Part shown: piece after piece, positions 7,810 through 14,717 of the stretch
Layout of the letters: each line of letters begins with the position of its first letter
How positions within the stretch are numbered: the stretch's first letter is position 1
DNA from: a virus
Taxonomy: Duplodnaviria > Caudoviricetes
IMG/VR virus record: IMGVR_UViG_3300049458_000012
Coordinates: 1-64,000 of that record
Strand: one strand, 5' to 3'
DNA length: 64,000 nt
Translations under genes and position numbers: made by a program
The notes under the pieces: model-generated
Told to the model about the DNA's origin: nothing
Database searches by the model: none
The model's input: only the letters and a program-made list of their open reading frames with translations

Positions 7810-9903
7810 ATGAGCGCGATAGCCACTGCGCAGCGCATGATGCGCATATTCCGTGGATATGAAGCCACACATTATTTTGCTGATTTTCTGAACGTCACGC
7901 GCAAGGCCAACGGAAAACTTGTCCCCGAATACGGGAAAGTGATTGGTCCGGCGACACTGGAGGAGTTTGAAGCCCATCTCGCGGGCCGCAAGGGCCTGCT
8001 CATCGTCCCCGTCACCCCCGAAGGCGTCGCCTATTGGGGGAAGATCGATGTGGACGATTATAAAATCGATCCCGTGCGCGTCGCCTCTTCTATTAAGGCG
8101 CACAAACTCCCACTCGTCGTGGAGCGCACGAAGTCCGGAGGAGTGCACCTCGCGTTCTATCCGAGGAAGCCCTGGGTAGGCGACAAGCTGCGTGAGAAGT
8201 TGGCCGAGTGGGCCGCGGAGTTAGGCTTCGCACGGGCCGAGATCTTCCCGAAGCAAGATAAACTCGACCCCGCCAAAGACTCCGGCAGCTGCATCAACCT
8301 GCCCTACTTCGGCGGCGACAAGGCGACCAACTACGCCCTCAGCGCGGACGGCGCCCGGCTCACGGTGGAGGAATGGTTGAGCGCGATCGAGTCGTTGGAC
8401 GATCGCCCGGGACACACGACCGGTGTCGCCAACGTCGCCACCGCTGCCGATTTCCTCGCGCAGTTTTGGACAGAGGGGCGACGCGATCGAATGAACATCG
8501 CGGTTGCGGGCACTCTTCTGCGGGCGAAGATTGACGAGAGCGCGGTGGAGGCGTTGATCGAAGGGGTGCGTGCCATCACGGGCGACTTCGAGGACGCGCG
8601 CAAGTCCGTTGCACACATCGCGGAATCGATTCTCACGGATGCGAAGAAGATCCCGGGATTCACGAAACTCGTGGACCCTGCGGAAGATCTCATGAGCCGC
8701 GCGGATGCACTGGAGTTGTTACGGCTCATGGGCGCGAAGCCCCCGCCACCGGCCCTGGCCTTCGAGTTCAAGGCCGTCACCATCGAACAACTCAACGCGC
8801 CCCCTCCGCCGCTCGCCTTCACGGTGCGCCCGCTCTTTCCCGCGAAGAAAGTCACGCTGGTCGTGGCCGAAGGCGGCACTGGCAAGACAACCTTCGGCAT
8901 GCGAGCCGCGATTGCTGTCGCCTCGGGCCGTGAGTTGTTTGGCCTCGAAGTGACGCGAGGGAAGGCGTGCTATGTGGCGATGGAGGAGCAGCCCGACTCG
9001 CTGCACCGGCGCCTCCATCGCATTGTGGAGCGGGATCGGGAGGCCATGCGCGCGGGTGGAGCGAGCGAGGCTGCGTTGAATGAGTACACGGAATCGCTGC
9101 TGGAGAACTTCTACCCGATCCCCGCGGCGGGGTTCGAGATGATGCTGGTCACGATGATGGCTGGACAGGTGATTCAAAACGCGGGCGTGCTGTTGGCCTT
9201 AATAGAGCAGCTGCCTTCGCCGTTAGAGCTGCTGGTGCTCGATCCAATCGCCCGGCTGAATGGGGCCGAGGAGAACTCCAACGCGGTGGCCACAGCAATG
9301 ATCGGAGCGGGTGAGCTTCTCGCCCGTAGACTCGGGTGCACGGTTGTGTTCATGCACCACACCGGCAAAGCCGCCGCGCGCGAGGGGGACATAAGTCAGT
9401 ACTCCGCGCGCGGGGGATCGGGGTTGGTGGATGCGGCGCGGTCGTCCGTGCGATTGATCTCCGCCACGATGGAAGAGGCGCGCGCATTCACCAATGTACC
9501 AGAAGAAGTTGTCCTGCGTGGGGATCTCGTGCGTGTCGTACAAAACAAAATCAACGACGCCGCCAAGGCCCTGCCCTTCTTCTTACGACGGCAAGAGCTG
9601 GACTTCGAGTTATTTACCCCCGAGATCGCCTCGGATGAACAAGCGAGCACGCTACGCTTACGACAGTTGTGGGAGTGGCATGTGCGTGGCGGCATGCGGG
9701 CGTTCTCCGCCTCTGAGCTGGACCCGAAAGAAGCTCGTGCCGAAGTCTTCGGCCCTGGTGCCCCTTCCCGACTCGCCATGCGTGAATTAATACGCAGCAC
9801 CATGGCACGCGGCGATCTCATCGAGGACCCCGCGGTGCGTCGCGGCAATAACCCTCTGCTGCGCTTTCGAGCCGCTTATGCTCCACCGGGAGAGGAAATA
9901 TGA
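7810..9903 (+). CDS. AEP (TOTE-like) primase fused to a RepA/AAA_25 SF4 helicase
   Basis: WGKIDVDD, RTKSGGVH and FPKQD...GSCINLPY primase motifs; AEGGTGKT Walker A, LLVLDP Walker B, MHHTGK, RGGSGLVDAAR. Confidence 0.85.
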   Translation: MSAIATAQRMMRIFRGYEATHYFADFLNVTRKANGKLVPEYGKVIGPATLEEFEAHLAGRKGLLIVPVTPEGVAYWGKIDVDDYKIDPVRVASSIKAHKLPLVVERTKSGGVHLAFYPRKPWVGDKLREKLAEWAAELGFARAEIFPKQDKLDPAKDSGSCINLPYFGGDKATNYALSADGARLTVEEWLSAIESLDDRPGHTTGVANVATAADFLAQFWTEGRRDRMNIAVAGTLLRAKIDESAVEALIEGVRAITGDFEDARKSVAHIAESILTDAKKIPGFTKLVDPAEDLMSRADALELLRLMGAKPPPPALAFEFKAVTIEQLNAPPPPLAFTVRPLFPAKKVTLVVAEGGTGKTTFGMRAAIAVASGRELFGLEVTRGKACYVAMEEQPDSLHRRLHRIVERDREAMRAGGASEAALNEYTESLLENFYPIPAAGFEMMLVTMMAGQVIQNAGVLLALIEQLPSPLELLVLDPIARLNGAEENSNAVATAMIGAGELLARRLGCTVVFMHHTGKAAAREGDISQYSARGGSGLVDAARSSVRLISATMEEARAFTNVPEEVVLRGDLVRVVQNKINDAAKALPFFLRRQELDFELFTPEIASDEQASTLRLRQLWEWHVRGGMRAFSASELDPKEARAEVFGPGAPSRLAMRELIRSTMARGDLIEDPAVRRGNNPLLRFRAAYAPPGEEI

Positions 9904-10184
9904 GCTGTGACGTAGAGGTGAAAGATTACTTGCGATGGAGAATGACACGGGTGAAATCTGCCCATACGAAATTCAGCTTGCGCCTCGTGATCTATTTTAA
10001 GCAGCGCAACATCAAAGGCCAGAAGCTCCGCAAAGTGATTCACCTCGGCGGAGACGCCCACCGGTTCCCGCCCGACCAACGCATGAGCTGGGTCCGGGAT
10101 CACCTCCCAGGGCTCTTACCCGAGCTGGAGGGGTGGGGCGGCTGGAACGAAAACGAGTCGCCCGGGGTCTTTTTGCGTGGCTAA
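9900..10184 (+). CDS. Hypothetical protein
   Basis: 94 aa; ATGA-coupled to the primase-helicase. Confidence 0.6.
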   Translation: MSCDVEVKDYLRWRMTRVKSAHTKFSLRLVIYFKQRNIKGQKLRKVIHLGGDAHRFPPDQRMSWVRDHLPGLLPELEGWGGWNENESPGVFLRG

Positions 10185-10199
10185 TTCGGGCAGGCCCGC

Positions 10200-10412
10200 C
10201 AGGTCCGCCGTGGGTCCGCCGTGGGTCCGCCGTTTTTCACAGGATCAGGGGTCAGGTCCGCGGTGGGGGGGGGTCCCCTATAGGGGCCCCCCGCGGCGGA
10301 CCCAGATCCCAGCGGAAAATTGGGGGTTGAGGTCCGCCGTGCAAGGCGTCCTTGGGCGCCGTGTGCAGCCCTGTGCATTTTCGCCCGGGAGGTCCGCCGT
10401 GGGTCCGCCGCG
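10200..10412. repeat. GGTCCGCCG(T) iteron-like repeats around a G/C palindrome; candidate replication origin
   Basis: Copies at 10202, 10213, 10224, 10331, 10391, 10402, a variant at 10256 and an inverted copy at 10293-10303; near-perfect palindrome centred on CCCCTATAGGGG at 10265-10292. Confidence 0.7.
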
Positions 10413-10521
10413 CCCCTGGGGTTATTGGATTTATTGCTGAGCTTTAGCTTATGGCCAAGCCTATTCCCCTCCGCCATCTTTCCGCGGATACTCCCGCCCC
10501 GGGTTCAGGCGGGGTCCCTGG

Positions 10522-11097
10522 GTGTCAACGCAGACAGCGGTGCGCGAGAACGAAAACAACCAATGGTTTTTGGTGCAAACCAAAATTGCCTGCGAGCCCG
10601 CCGTCAACGCGCATCTTCAACGGCAAGGGTATGCCGCTTACTTCCCACGCACGGCACGGCGTGCGCGATGCCGAAGTGATGGGCGCCGAGTTCGGCGTTT
10701 GCTGCCGCTCTTCCCTCAGTACGTGTTCTGCGGTCTCGTGGTTGGCGAGCAATGTCTGGGCCCGGTGAAATCAACTCGTGGCGTGCTTGGCATCGTGAAG
10801 TTTGGCGCCGAGTATGCGGTGGTGCCCCCTACGGTGGTGGAAGGGCTGCGGTTGCGTGCAGACCCGGTGAGTGGGCTGCACAATTGGGCTGAGGAGAAAC
10901 GATTGCAGCCCGGAGATCCGGTGCGCATCGCGGATCATGCTGGACCGTTCGGGAGTTTGGAAGGCATCTTCAAGGCGGAGTGTGGGTTGGGCCGAGTGCT
11001 GGTGCTGTTGCACATCCTCGGCAAAGAAACCCCGGTGAAAATTTCTGAGGCGCTGGTGGAGTTTGTCCAGCACTCGCGAGTGCGCTGGAGCGCTTAA
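10522..11097 (+). CDS. NusG/RfaH-family transcription antitermination factor
   Basis: NGN domain (WFLVQTK, PLFPQYVF, STRGVLGIVKFG) plus KOW domain (PGDPVRI..GPFGSLEGIF...RVLVLL). Confidence 0.88.
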   Translation: MSTQTAVRENENNQWFLVQTKIACEPAVNAHLQRQGYAAYFPRTARRARCRSDGRRVRRLLPLFPQYVFCGLVVGEQCLGPVKSTRGVLGIVKFGAEYAVVPPTVVEGLRLRADPVSGLHNWAEEKRLQPGDPVRIADHAGPFGSLEGIFKAECGLGRVLVLLHILGKETPVKISEALVEFVQHSRVRWSA

Positions 11098-11193
11098 GCA
11101 GCGTTCGTGCATGGCGCATCTTTGATGCGATGGGATGAAAACTTTTTCGAGATTGAACGGCGCCCGCTGGGCGCGGAGCGTCCGTGAAGCATT

Positions 11194-11901
11194 ATGGCGG
11201 CCAAGAAGAAACAAACTCCCGCGGAACGGCGGGCACAGAACAAGAAATCAACTCCTGCGCGTGAGCGGGCTGCTGAGAAGCGTGCCGAGGAGAAGGCTGC
11301 ACGGCGTCGGGTGAAGCGGGCGGAGTTCGATGTGGCGGGAGCGGTGGAGAGGGAGCGCCAGCGTGATCAAGCGCAAGTCGATCTGGATCGCAGGTTGGAG
11401 TCGGGGCGTCGCCCTGGACGTCCGAGCGATTACACCCCCGAGTTGGGATTGCGCATCTGTGAACGTATTGCCAGCAGCACAATCTCTATTGCTCGGCTGT
11501 GTGAAGAGGACTGGATGCCAGCGTATATCACGATCGCGAAATGGCGACGGGATGTGCCGGAGTTTGATTCCTCATTCACACGCGCGCGCCATGATCGCGC
11601 AGACTTGTACGCTGAGGAAACGAAGGACATCGCTGACACTCCGGTGATTGGCGAGAAGACGAAGATCAGTCAATTCGGGGTGGAAGTCACGCGTGGCGAT
11701 ATGATCGAGCACCGCAAGCTTCAGGTGCAAACGCGGCAGTGGCTCGCTTCGAAGATCAACAAGAACGTTTACGGCAATGCGGTGGAAGTAACCGGTGCGG
11801 GTGGCGGGCTGGTCACGCCTAACTCGCCGGACGAGATGAGTGATGCTCAGTTGGCGGCCATTGCGAAAGCGGGCCAACCAACTTCCGAGCCCGAAGAGTA
11901 G
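11194..11901 (+). CDS. terS: Terminase small subunit
   Basis: GRPSDYTPELGLRICERIA...LC..DWMPAYITIAKW...ARHDRADLYAEE pattern; upstream of terL. Confidence 0.85.
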   Translation: MAAKKKQTPAERRAQNKKSTPARERAAEKRAEEKAARRRVKRAEFDVAGAVERERQRDQAQVDLDRRLESGRRPGRPSDYTPELGLRICERIASSTISIARLCEEDWMPAYITIAKWRRDVPEFDSSFTRARHDRADLYAEETKDIADTPVIGEKTKISQFGVEVTRGDMIEHRKLQVQTRQWLASKINKNVYGNAVEVTGAGGGLVTPNSPDEMSDAQLAAIAKAGQPTSEPEE

Positions 11902-11907
11902 CTCAGC

Positions 11908-12044
11908 TCTTCAAAGTCAATCGCTTCGGATTCGAACGTTGCACGAGTTGCGTGTCTTCTCGGGCTGCCTATTCGGATTTGACCTTTTCGCGCGAGACCC
12001 CCTCTGGTGCTGGAGGGCTCAAACGAGGCGATTGACTTTGGGGT
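11908..12044 (+). ncRNA. Candidate structured RNA (~135 nt multibranch element)
   Basis: 17-bp closing stem 11912-11928 / 12024-12040 (one G-U pair) enclosing three short helices; no known family recognised. Confidence 0.45.
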
Positions 12045-12072
12045 ATTGATTTGCAAAACGGAGAACTCATTT

Positions 12073-12342
12073 ATGATCAATGGCTCGGACGGGGCACCCT
12101 TGCCCACGAAGACGGAAGTTGAAGTTACGTTTCATTGCATGATGCGATCTAACGGCGCTAAGTTGGTTGTGTTCACGAAGGCGGGCGCGTACATCGGGGA
12201 TGTGGAGTTCGAAGGTACGAACCCGCTGGCCTACCCGGTGCTGGCGGCAGTGATGCAGCAATTCGTGCAGTCTACTCAGTCGGCTGTGCAGACGGCTCCG
12301 GCATCCGTATTGGCGGGCCTCGATCGGGCGACCAAGCGGTGA
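12073..12342 (+). CDS. Hypothetical protein
   Basis: GGAG RBS, ATG 12073; 89 aa. Confidence 0.55.
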   Translation: MINGSDGAPLPTKTEVEVTFHCMMRSNGAKLVVFTKAGAYIGDVEFEGTNPLAYPVLAAVMQQFVQSTQSAVQTAPASVLAGLDRATKR

Positions 12343-12551
12343 GCGTTGTGTTCGAGTGGCCGAAGTTCGATGTGCATGCGCCGTTCGATGCTCCGCTGCG
12401 GATGCGTGAGTTGCATGCCAAGCGTGAGCACGAGCAGGCAATGGAATACATGCGCAGTGAAGAGTTTCGACGTCTCATAGAGCCGATCGTGAAAAAGGCA
12501 TATGAGACCATGCGTGGCGGCCCGGTGGGTGTTGCTGGTCGAACGGTGTGA
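12339..12551 (+). CDS. Hypothetical protein
   Basis: GTGA-coupled; 70 aa. Confidence 0.5.
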   Translation: MSVVFEWPKFDVHAPFDAPLRMRELHAKREHEQAMEYMRSEEFRRLIEPIVKKAYETMRGGPVGVAGRTV

Positions 12552-12618
12552 CGTTCTCCTTCGCCGTGCGCTCAGTGCTGAGCTACCCCCTCGGTATGAT
12601 CCTGCCGGGCCGCCACGC

Positions 12619-14250
12619 ATGGCGATGAGTCCACAGCACGCGTTGCTGCTGCCGGAGCCCTATGTAGGTGTGCACCAGCCCCTGACCCCTGCGCAAGCGG
12701 CCCAGCACCTTCTGAATCGACGGCTGTCGCGTACGGATGTGGTGACGTATGCGGGGGTGATCTCCGTACCGGGAAGACCGGTGCGGGAGGAAGATCCGGA
12801 TTGCGAGTTGTTTCGCCCGGTGGAGACGCACCTCGCGGAACACATGGTGTTGATATTGCGGGCCATGGAGCGGACCTTCGCGAGGCGCTATGGGCGGTTG
12901 CTCATAATGATGCCGCCCGGTGGAGGGAAGACCACTTATGCCTCGGTTGTGTTCCCCTCGCATCATCTGGGTGCGCATGCGGGCTTCCGTTTGGGGCTGG
13001 GGAGTTATGGAGACGATTTGGCGTTGAAGATGGGCCGCAAGACGCGGGCCGTTATCCAGCAGCCACGTTACAAGTCGATCTTCAAAACCGAGTTGTCACG
13101 CGACTCGCGAGCGGGCAACCAATTCCAACTCACCAATGGGTCGGAGTACATGGCGGCCTCGATCGGGGGCGCTTTTCCCGGCAACCGGCTCGATGGGGCG
13201 ATTGCGGATGATCCAATCAAGGGCCGCACCGAGGCGAGTTCGGAGACGGTGCGGGCCACGACGTGGGATGAGTACAAAGACAACTTTGTAACGCGCCTCG
13301 TGCCGGGCGGCCCCATCGTGCTCATCATGACGCACTGGGATGAGGAAGACCCCGCGGGGCACATTCTCCCGGATGGGTGGAGCGGGGACTCGGGCATGTT
13401 CGTCGGCAAACATGACGGGTTGGATTGGGAAGTGTTGTGCCTGCAGGCGAAGTGCGAGACCACGACCGATCCATTGCACCGGAAGATTGGGGAGTATTTT
13501 TGGCCGGAGTGGTTCGATGCGAAACACTGGCAACAGTTCGAATCGGACATCCGCTCGTGGAACTCTTTGTATCAGCAGCGCCCCCGTCCATTGGAGGGCG
13601 CATTCTTCGCGCAAGAAGACATGCTGGTCAATGGCAAGCCGATCGAAGATCCACAGCGTGTGGATTACGTGTACGCGATCATTGACTCGGCGATGAAGGA
13701 CGGGAAGCCGCATGATGGGTTGGCCGTTATGTTCTTCGCCCGCAGTAAGCTCAATGTGCCGCTCAATCCACCGCTCGCGGTGCTGGATTGGGACCTTACG
13801 CAGATCAAAGGCGCCTTCCTCAACGAGTGGCTGCCGAGTGTGTTCGTGCGTGGACAGCAGCTCGCGAAGGACTGCTCCGCACGCTTAGGGTTCATCGGTG
13901 CTTTCATCGAGGACAAATCCTCGGGCACCGTGCTCCTGCAGCAAACCAAGCATCAAACTTGGGTGGAGGCGCATCCCGACTGGGCCGCGCACGCGATCCC
14001 CGCGGACCTCACTGCGCAAGGTAAGAAGGGTAAAGCGATCAATGTCGCGGGGTATGTGCACGCGGGGATGGTGAAGTGGACCCGCAGAGCGTGGGAGAGA
14101 GTCTGCACCTTCAAGGGCGTCACCAAGAATCACGCCCTCGGCCAAGTGCTCAAGTTCTCCCCTGACACGAAGGACACGGACCCGGATGATTGTTTAGACG
14201 ATTTCACGTATGGAGTCGCATTGGGGTTGGGAAATCGAAAAGGATTCTGA
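12619..14250 (+). CDS. terL: Terminase large subunit
   Basis: MPPGGGKT Walker A, IADDPIKG Walker B, IMTHW, LYQQRP, RNase H nuclease motifs IIDSAMKDG..HD, IEDKSSG, DDCLD; start likely ATG 12619 or 12625. Confidence 0.93.
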   Translation: MAMSPQHALLLPEPYVGVHQPLTPAQAAQHLLNRRLSRTDVVTYAGVISVPGRPVREEDPDCELFRPVETHLAEHMVLILRAMERTFARRYGRLLIMMPPGGGKTTYASVVFPSHHLGAHAGFRLGLGSYGDDLALKMGRKTRAVIQQPRYKSIFKTELSRDSRAGNQFQLTNGSEYMAASIGGAFPGNRLDGAIADDPIKGRTEASSETVRATTWDEYKDNFVTRLVPGGPIVLIMTHWDEEDPAGHILPDGWSGDSGMFVGKHDGLDWEVLCLQAKCETTTDPLHRKIGEYFWPEWFDAKHWQQFESDIRSWNSLYQQRPRPLEGAFFAQEDMLVNGKPIEDPQRVDYVYAIIDSAMKDGKPHDGLAVMFFARSKLNVPLNPPLAVLDWDLTQIKGAFLNEWLPSVFVRGQQLAKDCSARLGFIGAFIEDKSSGTVLLQQTKHQTWVEAHPDWAAHAIPADLTAQGKKGKAINVAGYVHAGMVKWTRRAWERVCTFKGVTKNHALGQVLKFSPDTKDTDPDDCLDDFTYGVALGLGNRKGF

Positions 14251-14254
14251 AGGC

Positions 14255-14440
14255 ATGATCGATGCATACTTCAAACTCGCCGTCATCCGACAGGTGCGAG
14301 CTTGGTTGCTCGATGGAGGGGCCACGCACTCCGTGCTGCAGGATCGTTGCGATTTCATTCAGTGGGGGCCGGGTGGAGCGTGTCGTTGTTTCGGGGAGCG
14401 CAACCACTCCGGCAAGCATGAGTATCCGGTGTGCAATTGA
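14255..14440 (+). CDS. Small Cys/His hypothetical protein
   Basis: CRC..ERNHSGKH motif; 61 aa. Confidence 0.45.
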   Translation: MIDAYFKLAVIRQVRAWLLDGGATHSVLQDRCDFIQWGPGGACRCFGERNHSGKHEYPVCN

Positions 14441-14457
14441 AAGAGGAGAAAAGACCA

Positions 14458-14643
14458 ATGGCGAAGATCAACGCAGATGAAGCGATCGAATACGGCACCA
14501 CGCTCGTCAATGCGGGAGTCGCGGCGAAGCGGTGCGGGCTGACGGAGTTTGATTTGGCGGAAGCCGCCCGGCCCGATGTGCAAGAGGCAATGGAGCAATG
14601 GGCGAAGGACAAGGCGAGCCCTCCACCGCCCGCGAAGGACTAA
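14458..14643 (+). CDS. Small hypothetical protein
   Basis: GAGGAG RBS; 61 aa. Confidence 0.6.
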   Translation: MAKINADEAIEYGTTLVNAGVAAKRCGLTEFDLAEAARPDVQEAMEQWAKDKASPPPPAKD

Positions 14644-14650
14644 CGGTAAA

Positions 14651-14681
14651 CGGGCCCCTGGCCAATAGGTTCAGGGGCCCG
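14651..14681 (+). terminator. Strong hairpin (terminator, pause or processing site candidate)
   Basis: CGGGCCCCTG / CAGGGGCCCG 10-bp stem; no clear U tract. Confidence 0.35.
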
Positions 14682-14717
14682 AGCCGCTTATCCAACTCAC
14701 CCGAGGAGTTTGCACCG

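Noticed and set aside
10200-10412. CRISPR array
   Set aside because: Repeats are only 9-11 bp, often directly tandem, without regular unique spacers; no cas genes
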